Assembly: GCA_007694165.1 (NCBI GenBank)
Contig: RECE01000245.1
Coordinates: 4,962-68,961, forward strand
DNA: 64,000 nt
Reading direction: 5' to 3'
Source: Bacteroidota bacterium
GTDB taxonomy: Bacteria; Bacteroidota; Bacteroidia; Bacteroidales; UBA7960
Below are positions 48,635-58,068 of this stretch, piece after piece. The position numbers and the translations under genes are program-made. Position 1 is the stretch's first letter. The number at the start of each line of letters is the position of its first letter. Below the pieces are notes generated by a model. That model had not been told where the DNA came from and did no database searches. It worked only from the letters and a program-made list of their open reading frames with translations.

Positions 48635-49222
48635 TTACAAAGGGTTGGTAAGGTCAAAATCAGCCCTGAAAACAATTTCTCCATGATATTGCAACTGATA
48701 GCTGAAGTTGGTCATATCTTCGCTGAGTACCACATTCCACTGACGATTTAAGGTATCCACAAGTAGCTCTATGGTATAATCATCGGCAGGAAAGTGCTGT
48801 TTAAAGGCAGTCCCTGTACCATCAGCATAACCTCCGTAAAGTGTTTGTTCTTCAGGAGTTCCGTCGGGATAGCGGTGATCATGGCGGAAACGAAGTCTTC
48901 CATCTTCTGCCAGAAACATCCAGGTACGCGATGTATCCTCATCCATGTGAAAAGGAATGTGCACATGAGTATCTTCACAAACTGTAACATGCATAACCAT
49001 GACTTTGTCTGCCCAGCTTTCTCTGCCTTCCTGCATATATACCTCACGGCCGAGGAATGATTGGCCGCAAAGACTTGCCAGGTTGTTTAAAAAAGCCTGC
49101 TCTGTTTCTGAAATGGTAACTTCATCAGCACTGGTTCTTTCCTCTGTTTCGCGGGGAGCACCGCCGCAAGATGCCAGTAAAATTGCGATAACAGGCAGAA
49201 TCCATAAAATTTTTCTCTTCAT
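48635..49222 (-). CDS. Hypothetical lipoprotein (conserved LRFRHDHRxPDG motif)
   Basis: Lipobox LASC; L-LCG-F-G, IPFH...SRTW, HDHR-PDG, TLYGG, FDLT-P. Confidence 0.8.
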   Translation of the reverse strand: MKRKILWILPVIAILLASCGGAPRETEERTSADEVTISETEQAFLNNLASLCGQSFLGREVYMQEGRESWADKVMVMHVTVCEDTHVHIPFHMDEDTSRTWMFLAEDGRLRFRHDHRYPDGTPEEQTLYGGYADGTGTAFKQHFPADDYTIELLVDTLNRQWNVVLSEDMTNFSYQLQYHGEIVFRADFDLTNPL

Positions 49223-49281
49223 GATTTTCGGGGTTTAGTAATTATTAAAAAAAAATGTTGGTTACAAATATAACCATTTTC

Positions 49282-50502
49282 TTAAATATTCCTAATTGCG
49301 ATATTCTCTCTGAAAACTCTCATAAAATTCCCAGACCAAACCTTCTCAATATCTTCTTCCGAATAGCCTCTTCTGAGCATTTCGACAGTCAGGTTATGCA
49401 TTTCGCTTACATCATAGCAATCTTCAAGTTGTCCTCCACCATCAAAATCACTCCCAATTCCTACGTAGTCAATGCCAATGAGATTAACAATATGATCCAG
49501 GTGGTCTATGATATCTGCTACAGTGGGTAATTCAGAGGGGAAATTCTGATCTATGGCATACCATTCAGTGCGGGCCATTTCCATCTCTTCATCCGACAGG
49601 TTCTGAAAATCATTGTATTTTCTGCGCAATTCGGCACGTGCCGAATCTCTCGGAGGGTTAGCAGGCATTTGCTTTACATATAGAAAGCAAAGCTGAACCA
49701 CACCGCCGTTTTCTGCCAGTGCAATAAGCATGTCATCATCAAGATTCCGCGGGTCATCATGTATTGCACGCGCATTGGAGTGAGAGGCAATTACAGGGGC
49801 TTTGGCAACACTTAAAACATCGTGAAATGCCTGGTCGGAGATGTGACTTACATCCACCATCATCCCCAGTCTGTTCATTTCTTCAATGAGTTGGTAACCC
49901 ATGTCCGAAAGCCCGCCGTGAACTGCTCCTTCAGGGTCGTTGGAGCTGTCACTGAAATGATTGTTTCGGGTATGCGAGAGGGTAATATACCGGGCTCCCA
50001 GATCATAAAACTTCTCCACAAGAGAAAGATCTTCACCAATGGGGTAAGCATTTTCCAGTCCTAAATACACTGCACGTTTGCCTTCATCGCGGAGCTTGTA
50101 TCCATCTTCGGGAGTAAGAGCAAGACCCGCCAGATGGTAGTTCTGTTCAATACTTTCATGAATAATCCCGAAAATAGTAACAGCACGCTCTCTTGCAATT
50201 TCCCAGGCTTCAGGAGAACTTTCCCCCTGTCCGAGAAATACAGCGAAAAAAGCTGCATCCAAACCCCCTTCTTCCATTCTGGGGAAATCCAGTTTCCCGC
50301 CACCCTTGTGGGGGTCGTTTCTTTTTCCCAGGTCAACACCTCTTCGACCCAGCATCAATGGAGTATCTGTATGACTGTCAAGGGTAAATATCCGCTGGTG
50401 TATTTCCCGGGCTTGTTGTTCAAGTTGTTGGTCATCGGCAGTGGCTGCATTAATGAGTAAGAATGCAGGTAATAGAAATACAAAAATCTTTTTAAAAATC
50501 AT
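49282..50502 (-). CDS. Membrane dipeptidase (peptidase M19), exported
   Basis: DSHTD, GLEN, DVSHIS, ASHSN, GIGSDFDGG, GNF-RV; signal peptide. Confidence 0.92.
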   Translation of the reverse strand: MIFKKIFVFLLPAFLLINAATADDQQLEQQAREIHQRIFTLDSHTDTPLMLGRRGVDLGKRNDPHKGGGKLDFPRMEEGGLDAAFFAVFLGQGESSPEAWEIARERAVTIFGIIHESIEQNYHLAGLALTPEDGYKLRDEGKRAVYLGLENAYPIGEDLSLVEKFYDLGARYITLSHTRNNHFSDSSNDPEGAVHGGLSDMGYQLIEEMNRLGMMVDVSHISDQAFHDVLSVAKAPVIASHSNARAIHDDPRNLDDDMLIALAENGGVVQLCFLYVKQMPANPPRDSARAELRRKYNDFQNLSDEEMEMARTEWYAIDQNFPSELPTVADIIDHLDHIVNLIGIDYVGIGSDFDGGGQLEDCYDVSEMHNLTVEMLRRGYSEEDIEKVWSGNFMRVFRENIAIRNI

Positions 50503-50528
50503 TATTACAGGTTTTATTATTGAATAAA

Positions 50529-52637
50529 TTATTTGATCAAATCAAGCATAAATGCATATTGTAATGCTGTTTCCTTCAGGCGTTGAAATCTTCCTGATGC
50601 ACCGCTGTGCCCGGCCTCCATATTGGTATACAGATAGATCCGGCTGTCGCCTGTATTGTGCGTTCGAAGTTTTGCAGTCCACTTGGTAGGTTCCCAGTAT
50701 TGCACCTGTGAATCATAGAGTCCGGATGTAATCAGCATGTTGGGATAGGATTGCTTTTGTACCTGGTCGTAGGGTGAATATGACAACATGTAATGATAGT
50801 AGAGGGAATCGTTGGGGTTTCCCCACTCATCATATTCAGAAGTTGTAAGGGGAATGGTTTCATCCAGCATGGTGGTAACCACATCCACAAACGGAACTCC
50901 GGCAATAATACCTTTGTAAAGTTCAGGACGCATATTGACAATGGCACCCATGAGCAACCCTCCTGCGCTTCCGCCTTGTGCAAACAGCATATCGGGTGAG
51001 GTGTAATTTTCCCGGATCAAAAACTCCGAAACATCAATAAAATCATTGAATGTATTGATTTTTTGAAGAAGCTTTCCTTCTTCATACCAGACCCTTCCCA
51101 TTTCCTGACCACCCCTGATGTGCGCCATGGCATACACAAAACCTCTGTCGAGCAGGCTGATAAGGTTTGAATTGAACCTGGGATCCGCACTACTACCATA
51201 TGAGCCATAAGCATATTGGAGCAATGGGTTTTGGCCATCTTGTCTCACCCCCTTTTTATATACCAAAGTAACGGGAACCCGGGCGCCATCGCGGGCAGCA
51301 GCAAAAAGTCTTCTGGTTTCATATGCATTGGCATCAAAATCTCCCAATACCGCTTGTTGCCATATGGTGTTTTGCTCCCTTGTATTCATGTTGTAATCAA
51401 TGATGGTAGCCGGTGTAGTAAGCGAGGTATAACTGTACCTGAAGGTATCAGTGTCTGTTTCCAGGTTGATGTTGATGGCTGCCGTGTAGGCTTCTTCTTC
51501 AAATTCAAGATAGTGTTCGCTGTTATTTCGGGTATTGATTATCCGCATTTGCCTGAGGGCATTGCTGCGCTCCTGTAAAACAAGAAAGTCGTTGAATACT
51601 GAAAAGTTTTCCAGCAAAACATCATTGCGATGGGGGATAACCTCTTTCCAGTTATTGATATTTGTGCGCGATGCCATTGTTTCCATCAGACGAAAGTTTT
51701 GAGCCTGATAATTGGTCAGGATGTAGAATTTGCCATTCAGATGTTCAACCGAGTAAATTAAATCTCGCCGCCTGGGCTGAAAAACCCTGAAATTGCCTGA
51801 AGGATTATCTGCTTCAAGTATGAGTGTTTCGGAGCTTAATGTTGTTGAAGCATTGATGGTAAGATACTTTCCATCAGTAGTTTTAGAAACACCCATGTAA
51901 TAATAGGTATCGTCTTTCTCATAATAAACCTCAATGGGTCTTTTTTGCTGAATATTATATCGGAATACCCTTATATACCTCAGTGTAACCGGATCGATAG
52001 TAGTGAAGAAGAACGTTTTGTTATCAGCGGCCCATTCCACATCACCTGCAGCCAGTTCAACGGCAGTAGGGGTGACTTTTTGTGTTGCCAGGTCTTTGTA
52101 ATAAATTGTATTCTGACGTCTGCCTAAAGTGTCTACAGTATAAGCAATCATGGTATTATCCGGACTGATGCTGAAGCTTCCCACCCTGAAATAACGATAA
52201 CCTTCAGCCATTTCCGGCACATTGAGCAATATTTCTTCTTTTGCATCCATGCTGCTTTTTTTCCGGCAGTAAATGGGGTACTCTCCCCCTTCCTCATATC
52301 TTGTATAGTAATAATAACCGTTAAAGAAATAAGGAGCACTGCTTTCATCCTGTTTCAATCTGCCAAGCATTTCATTGAACAATTCTTCCCGATGGTTTTC
52401 CACGTGGCTTAAGCTTTGCTTTAAGTAATTGTTTTCAGCTTCCAGGTAGGCAATTACTTCAGGATTTTCCGGGTCATTCATCCAATAGTAAAAATCAATG
52501 CGCGTATCACCGTGCATAATAAGTTGTTTTTCGTGTTGGGGGGCTATAGGAGCTTTTGCTTCTTCCTGGCCGGGTTGTCCGCATGCTAAAAGTAAAAATG
52601 CAGGCAGGATCCAAATGATTGATTTTTTAAACATCAT
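50529..52637 (-). CDS. ptrB: Oligopeptidase B (S9A), lipoprotein
   Basis: Lipobox LLAC; HGDTRID-YYW, YGSYG, HIRGG-EMG, GGSAGG, DSQVQYWEP, AGH. Confidence 0.93.
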   Translation of the reverse strand: MMFKKSIIWILPAFLLLACGQPGQEEAKAPIAPQHEKQLIMHGDTRIDFYYWMNDPENPEVIAYLEAENNYLKQSLSHVENHREELFNEMLGRLKQDESSAPYFFNGYYYYTRYEEGGEYPIYCRKKSSMDAKEEILLNVPEMAEGYRYFRVGSFSISPDNTMIAYTVDTLGRRQNTIYYKDLATQKVTPTAVELAAGDVEWAADNKTFFFTTIDPVTLRYIRVFRYNIQQKRPIEVYYEKDDTYYYMGVSKTTDGKYLTINASTTLSSETLILEADNPSGNFRVFQPRRRDLIYSVEHLNGKFYILTNYQAQNFRLMETMASRTNINNWKEVIPHRNDVLLENFSVFNDFLVLQERSNALRQMRIINTRNNSEHYLEFEEEAYTAAININLETDTDTFRYSYTSLTTPATIIDYNMNTREQNTIWQQAVLGDFDANAYETRRLFAAARDGARVPVTLVYKKGVRQDGQNPLLQYAYGSYGSSADPRFNSNLISLLDRGFVYAMAHIRGGQEMGRVWYEEGKLLQKINTFNDFIDVSEFLIRENYTSPDMLFAQGGSAGGLLMGAIVNMRPELYKGIIAGVPFVDVVTTMLDETIPLTTSEYDEWGNPNDSLYYHYMLSYSPYDQVQKQSYPNMLITSGLYDSQVQYWEPTKWTAKLRTHNTGDSRIYLYTNMEAGHSGASGRFQRLKETALQYAFMLDLIK

Positions 52638-52899
52638 GGTTAGTGGTAAAAATGAATGATTGCTTGTTTAGTGTTTAAGATGACTTTTTGACTTGGAATG
52701 CATGTAACTGTAATGCAGTAACATGCGATTTGTTTATTTTATTGGAAATGATTCTAATACACAAACATATGGTTAAATCAGTAAATAATTTGCAATTTTA
52801 CTCATTTAAACCCTTAACCCGGATTTTTTAATCAAAAAATTGTTTTATTTTTAGAAAATGATAAAAAACTCAATTCACATATATTAAAAGGGGGAGTCC

Positions 52900-55800
52900 A
52901 TGTTGACCGAAAAAGTAGTGAAGGAGCATCAGAGCCGGCTTAATAGCCTGTTAAACAAACATTTTACACCTCTCTCAGCAGAGTCCTATTACAAACTCAG
53001 CCAGTATACAGAACAATACCTGGCAGAGGCGGATAAGTTTTTCCTGAAAATCAGCAAGTCCGGTGAAAAGCAGGATATAATAAGAAACCTGCACGAACAT
53101 ATCCTTTTCAGGAAAAGCATCCTTGTTCAGCTCAATAGTTGGATCAATCAAAAACAAATGTCAGAGTGGGATACAATTTATCCAGGCTACAGGTCTGATC
53201 TGGATGAGTTCCTGGCTACACAGCCACTTTACTGGTATCAATATCAAAATAAGGAAAGATTTATTTCACAGCAGAATGACTCATTGCGGGTCAGGGTTTT
53301 TAAGTTCTTAAAAAGAGTGGGGTATGGGATATGGGTTGCACCAGTGAAAATGGCAAACTATATGCTGAGGTTAAGGAAAAAACCGGAGAGAGATTACCCT
53401 CTCTGGAAACAGAAAATTCCGGTGGAAAAACTAACACGCTGGTATTATGAAAATGAGTTTGTCAGGAGTTTTGCCGAATTAAAAAGTGAAAATCTGAAAG
53501 AAACGGCTCTGCTGGCCAATGAAATCTGGAAAAGGGATCATCAGTTGTTTTCCCTGTTCAATGCCTATGCTTCTGAAGATTATGATAAGGCAGCTTTACT
53601 GGAAAGCTGGAAGGATGAAATAAGACCTGCAATTATTGCTACCAAAGCCCAGGCTGAGAAAGCTGCCGGGAAGTGTGACGAGAAGATGAACCGTATTTTT
53701 GAAATATTGGATCAGCTTTTTGCCGGGCAAATGGAAATTGCAGGCACACTTGAATTTAAGCGTTTTGCCCACAGAAAAGGAAGAAGGAAGTCTCAGCTCA
53801 AAAAGCTGAAGAAAAAATGTATACACAGAGAAAACCGGCGTTACAATACGATTTATGCCCTGGTAGACGACTGGAAGTTTAACCAGGAAATATATATCCT
53901 GAAAGGAAATGCATTGAAAAGCTTCCTGATGTTTAAAAACCGGCTTGTATCGAGGGCCGGCATTGTAGAAAGCGCATTGGAGAAAATACCTGTAGTGCTT
54001 ACCGATACCCTGAACGAAATTGAAGAAGTCGATTATGAAAGTTTTCGTAAAAATCTTCAGCAATTGAAATACAGCACCTCCAAAACCTTAAATGGCCAGC
54101 TCATCCCTGAAGTTTCCGATTTAATGCTTGAGCAAGGGTTTCCCCTGGTGGTAGATGAAATTGAACAGGCACTTCACAGCGAGCTACAGTTGATGACCCG
54201 TAAAAGGATTCTTATTGATGGATTTGATGCCTCAAAAGAGTACAGCGATGGCTCCATGCAATCGATAATTCCGCTTGAGCTGATTGAGTTTGAAATGATG
54301 GCAGAGGTAAAAAAGACGCTTTTGCAGTCTAAATCAAAAACCATAGAACAACTTGAAAGAATTAAAACCGAATTAGAAAACCTGGGTCGAATGGTGGTTT
54401 TTAACCTCGACTCTGCCATTGCCATGCTTGATGAGCAGGGGGAGGCAGGTTTAAAGGACAGCTTTATTGATTCGAAAGCCGCCATGGAAAGGGCCAAACA
54501 GAATTATGGCAATTTAAAAACGCTGTTTGATACCTACATTTTTGAACTCCAGCAAACTATCCATGACAGCCTGGTTACGTTCTCCTCCCGGCTAACCGAT
54601 TTAACAGACAACAGCAGGGTTGCAGATATTCGTTACCGCATAGCCCGTGCAAAAGCCATTAAGAAAAGTGAACAAATTGGGTTGTATCTGAAGACCGGGT
54701 TGCGCAATAACTTGCATAAAACAACCCTGTATTACAGGCTATCGCGCAAGAAAATTGACAGTGGCATAGACCTTATAAAAGGGCAGCTGGGTATACAATC
54801 TATTTCCGGTGATATTACTTCTGAGATAAGTGAGTATCTGTTAACTGGAGATACGATTGTGCAAAAACTGCCTTTTGTATACAGACGCCTGTTTGTAAAC
54901 GAACCTCTTAAGGATGCCACTTTTTATATGAAAAGGCAAAATGAGTCAGGCATGCTTGAGAAAGCCTGGGAAAGGTGGAAACAGGGAGTGTTTACTCCAG
55001 CTCTGATCTATGGAGAAAAGGGTAGTGGCATCAGCTCCTTTGTAAACATGTTTGTGAAAGAGAAAATCCGGCAAAGTCCACCTGTATTCTCTGTTGTGCC
55101 TGCCAAACGGGTTAATACAGAAGAAGATTTGCTGGCGTTGCTGGGTTTGAGTTTTCGTGCTGAAGCGTTTTTAAAGTTGCACGATTTGTATGACTATGTT
55201 GAAAAACAGGCACCATTTGTGGTTTATGCAGATAAGCTTCATATGATGTATCTCCGATTGCCCGGTGGGTTTACCATCTTAAAAAGGTTCTTTGAAATCA
55301 TCAGCAATACCAGTCGCAAAATATTCTGGATTTGCACCTGTGGCCTTTATTCATCTCAATACCTGCATAAAGCCATAGGGCTGTATGACTACTTCCCGGT
55401 TTTGATTCCCATGAGAAAACTCAACAGCGAAGAGGTTCGTAATGTGATCATGATGAGGCATAAAACCAGTGGGTATGATCTGTATTTTAAGCCATCACCT
55501 GAAGATTTGAAAGAAAGGATGTATGTGAAAAAAGATGACAGCGCAAAGCAGGAATATTTAAAAACCAAGTATTTCAATGCACTCAACAGGCATACACAAT
55601 CCAATATAGCTTTTGCACTGCAATTGTGGCTTCGCAGTGCAGAAAAAGCGGAAGACAACCGTATCCATCTCAACTCGCTTGATATGCTTGACTTCAGTTT
55701 TGTTTTCAACCTGCCGGCTGAGGTTATTTTTGGTTTGCACGCTTTGATCCTGCACGAACGCCTGGATTTATTCCAGCTTTCACAGGTTTTGAATATCAGC

Positions 55801-55935
55801 AAAAGACAGGCTGTTCTGTTGCTTATGCGCCTGGCAGACAGAGGTATTGTATCAGAAGAAAAAGGGCTGTATGGTATACACCCCTTACTTTACAGGCAAA
55901 CGATTATGCTATTGAATGACAGAAACCTGATTTGA
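52900..55935 (+). CDS. Large helical protein with C-terminal degenerate P-loop NTPase (AAA+/STAND-like) domain and probable winged-helix tail
   Basis: About 640-aa helical N-terminal part; LPFVYRRLF-x-x-PL; ALIYGEKGSGISS (Walker A lacks Lys); VVYADKLH (Walker-B position); C-terminal helix-turn-helix-like end. Confidence 0.75.
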   Translation: MLTEKVVKEHQSRLNSLLNKHFTPLSAESYYKLSQYTEQYLAEADKFFLKISKSGEKQDIIRNLHEHILFRKSILVQLNSWINQKQMSEWDTIYPGYRSDLDEFLATQPLYWYQYQNKERFISQQNDSLRVRVFKFLKRVGYGIWVAPVKMANYMLRLRKKPERDYPLWKQKIPVEKLTRWYYENEFVRSFAELKSENLKETALLANEIWKRDHQLFSLFNAYASEDYDKAALLESWKDEIRPAIIATKAQAEKAAGKCDEKMNRIFEILDQLFAGQMEIAGTLEFKRFAHRKGRRKSQLKKLKKKCIHRENRRYNTIYALVDDWKFNQEIYILKGNALKSFLMFKNRLVSRAGIVESALEKIPVVLTDTLNEIEEVDYESFRKNLQQLKYSTSKTLNGQLIPEVSDLMLEQGFPLVVDEIEQALHSELQLMTRKRILIDGFDASKEYSDGSMQSIIPLELIEFEMMAEVKKTLLQSKSKTIEQLERIKTELENLGRMVVFNLDSAIAMLDEQGEAGLKDSFIDSKAAMERAKQNYGNLKTLFDTYIFELQQTIHDSLVTFSSRLTDLTDNSRVADIRYRIARAKAIKKSEQIGLYLKTGLRNNLHKTTLYYRLSRKKIDSGIDLIKGQLGIQSISGDITSEISEYLLTGDTIVQKLPFVYRRLFVNEPLKDATFYMKRQNESGMLEKAWERWKQGVFTPALIYGEKGSGISSFVNMFVKEKIRQSPPVFSVVPAKRVNTEEDLLALLGLSFRAEAFLKLHDLYDYVEKQAPFVVYADKLHMMYLRLPGGFTILKRFFEIISNTSRKIFWICTCGLYSSQYLHKAIGLYDYFPVLIPMRKLNSEEVRNVIMMRHKTSGYDLYFKPSPEDLKERMYVKKDDSAKQEYLKTKYFNALNRHTQSNIAFALQLWLRSAEKAEDNRIHLNSLDMLDFSFVFNLPAEVIFGLHALILHERLDLFQLSQVLNISKRQAVLLLMRLADRGIVSEEKGLYGIHPLLYRQTIMLLNDRNLI

Positions 55936-56045
55936 AGACAACCAAAATGCATTCATTAACAAACCGGCTAACCTGGTTTTATGCTGCGGGGGAGGATTGC
56001 TTTTGATGAGAGGAAAATTGAAGATTCATACTTACTAAGATACAG

Positions 56046-57146
56046 ATGATTATGGCAAAGAATATTGTATATAAAATGAGTGCAACAGCAGTTATTTTGA
56101 TTTTTCTGCTTGGCTTTTTGCCTTCACTTTTCGCGTTGCAACCCGGTAGCGAACCGGATACGATGCCAGGTATAGTCTTTTCAGAAGAAAACAGGCAGAG
56201 TGAAGTTAGCGTAGATCAAGAGACAGAACTACCCCTTGAAACCCGTGAAGTTGCTACAGGCAATGAGACAAAAGAGATGCAAGAACCAGTTTCACCCGTT
56301 GCCGCACCCGCGAAAGAGCCTGCTGAACCTGCAGGGGAAGTAAGCAGGCTCAGAGAGGAATTGACACAGGCTCCTGACGTACGAAATCTGATTTCAATCG
56401 GTAAAATTTTCTGGGCTACAATTTTCATCCTGATAGGGTATTTCATTTTCAAAGCTCTAACGGGTTTGTTGTCTGTCATTTCTGAACGGAATGCGCGTTA
56501 TAAGGCTGGCATTAGAAGAATTTTGCCCATAGTAAAAATCGCAGGATGGGCATTCATATTTTATATCATCATAAATGGAATATTTCAGCCACCTCCGGAA
56601 ACGATATTTGCCTTTTTTGCATCGGTGGGTGTTGCCATTGGCTTTGCATCGCAGGATTTGCTGAAAAACATTTTTGGAGGGTTGATGATTTTGTTTGACA
56701 AACCTTTCCAGATTGGGGATAAAATTGAATCGGGCAAATATTATGGAGAAGTGAAGGAAGTAGGTTTGCGCTCCACGCGGGTTGTGACTCCTGATGACAG
56801 TATCGTTACCATTCCCAACTCTGAAATGATGAATCAGTCCATCTCCAATGCCAATTCAAGTGAAAACAATTGCCAGGTAGTGGCTGAATTTTTTCTCCCG
56901 GTAACCACCGATACAAGGCGTGTAAGGCAGATTGCAACAGAGGCCGCGCAGGTTTCACGCTATGTGTACCTTAAAAAGCCCATATTTGTTGAATATACCA
57001 ACGTGCTGGTTCCCAAAGGGTCTTTCCTTAAGATGCGCCTGAAAGCTTATGTGATGGATGTAAGGTACGAGTTCCCTTTTCAGAGTGAAATGACGGAAAT
57101 TGTGTTGCACGAGCTCAAAAAAGAAGGATTCCTTGAGGGGCTTTAG
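56046..57146 (+). CDS. MscS-family mechanosensitive ion channel with periplasmic N-terminal extension
   Basis: GVAIGFASQDLLKNIFGG, KPFQIGDKI, GEVKEVGLRST, VTIPNS; signal-like N-terminus and Pro/Glu-rich linker. Confidence 0.92.
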   Translation: MIMAKNIVYKMSATAVILIFLLGFLPSLFALQPGSEPDTMPGIVFSEENRQSEVSVDQETELPLETREVATGNETKEMQEPVSPVAAPAKEPAEPAGEVSRLREELTQAPDVRNLISIGKIFWATIFILIGYFIFKALTGLLSVISERNARYKAGIRRILPIVKIAGWAFIFYIIINGIFQPPPETIFAFFASVGVAIGFASQDLLKNIFGGLMILFDKPFQIGDKIESGKYYGEVKEVGLRSTRVVTPDDSIVTIPNSEMMNQSISNANSSENNCQVVAEFFLPVTTDTRRVRQIATEAAQVSRYVYLKKPIFVEYTNVLVPKGSFLKMRLKAYVMDVRYEFPFQSEMTEIVLHELKKEGFLEGL

Positions 57147-57973
57147 ACTTTTTCGAAAACAAGTATATCCTGAAAATCAATATCCTTGTTTTTCTCCAAT
57201 CCTTGCCAGTAACCCGGCACAAACTTCTTAATCCTCAGTTTGTTGTCATGCGCCAGTTCCTTTTCAATGTAATCATATTTAAATGCTACATTCGCTGATT
57301 TAACCCTGGGATCCATCAATTTATAATATCCGTGATCTACCGGAAATCCGAAAGAGGGTTTAATGGGGGTAGAGGGGAGCTGATAGTCAAAGACAAAAAA
57401 TGTAGCTAAGCATTTGCCTGATGGTTTGAGTACCCTGCTGATTTCCTTCATATAGTTTTTGGTTTCGGAAGGTACCATATGGGTGAAAACAGATGTGAGA
57501 AATACGAAATCAAATTCTTCATTATTATAAGGAAATTTAAGCTCTGCAGCTTCATCGCCTTCAGAAGAATAGAGATCATTTTTCAGGGCAATCAGTTTGA
57601 AATTAAAGTTGGGATGGTGGGTCGAAATGTTTTTCTGACACCATTTAACACCGGTGTTTACAATGTCAAACCCTTCATAACTTCCTTCTTCGGAGAGAAA
57701 AGTGGTAAGAGGCAAGGCCATTCTTCCTATTCCACTGCCTACATCCAGCACGCGATGATGAGGCTTTAGCTCACCGTATTGGCGAAAAAATTCAAGAAAT
57801 AGCTTTCCTGCGTTAATAAAATCACCTGCACCGGTAAAAATCATTCCTCTGGGGGGGATGTTGTTATTCCTTTTGCCTGTGAGTGAATCCCAGATATCAT
57901 AAGGCAAAAATGCCAGGCGCCTAACCATAAGACGTTGTGAGGGGCTAAACAAATAGTATAGTTTTCTTAACAT
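57143..57973 (-). CDS. Class I SAM-dependent methyltransferase
   Basis: VLDVGSGIGR, YEGFDI, FDFVFLTSVFTH, RVLKPSG. Confidence 0.9.
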   Translation of the reverse strand: MLRKLYYLFSPSQRLMVRRLAFLPYDIWDSLTGKRNNNIPPRGMIFTGAGDFINAGKLFLEFFRQYGELKPHHRVLDVGSGIGRMALPLTTFLSEEGSYEGFDIVNTGVKWCQKNISTHHPNFNFKLIALKNDLYSSEGDEAAELKFPYNNEEFDFVFLTSVFTHMVPSETKNYMKEISRVLKPSGKCLATFFVFDYQLPSTPIKPSFGFPVDHGYYKLMDPRVKSANVAFKYDYIEKELAHDNKLRIKKFVPGYWQGLEKNKDIDFQDILVFEKV

Positions 57974-58006
57974 TTTGCAAAATTAGAAAGTTTGGCGATA
58001 CATACG

Positions 58007-58044
58007 AAAAAAACACCGGAAAACTACTAAGGCCTCCGGTGTTT
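58007..58044 (-). terminator. Rho-independent terminator of the deiminase gene
   Basis: Arms AAACACCGGA (58011-58020) and TCCGGTGTTT (58035-58044), followed on the minus strand by a U-tract. Confidence 0.7.
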
Positions 58045-58068
58045 AATAGTATGCTGATATTTCTGAAA

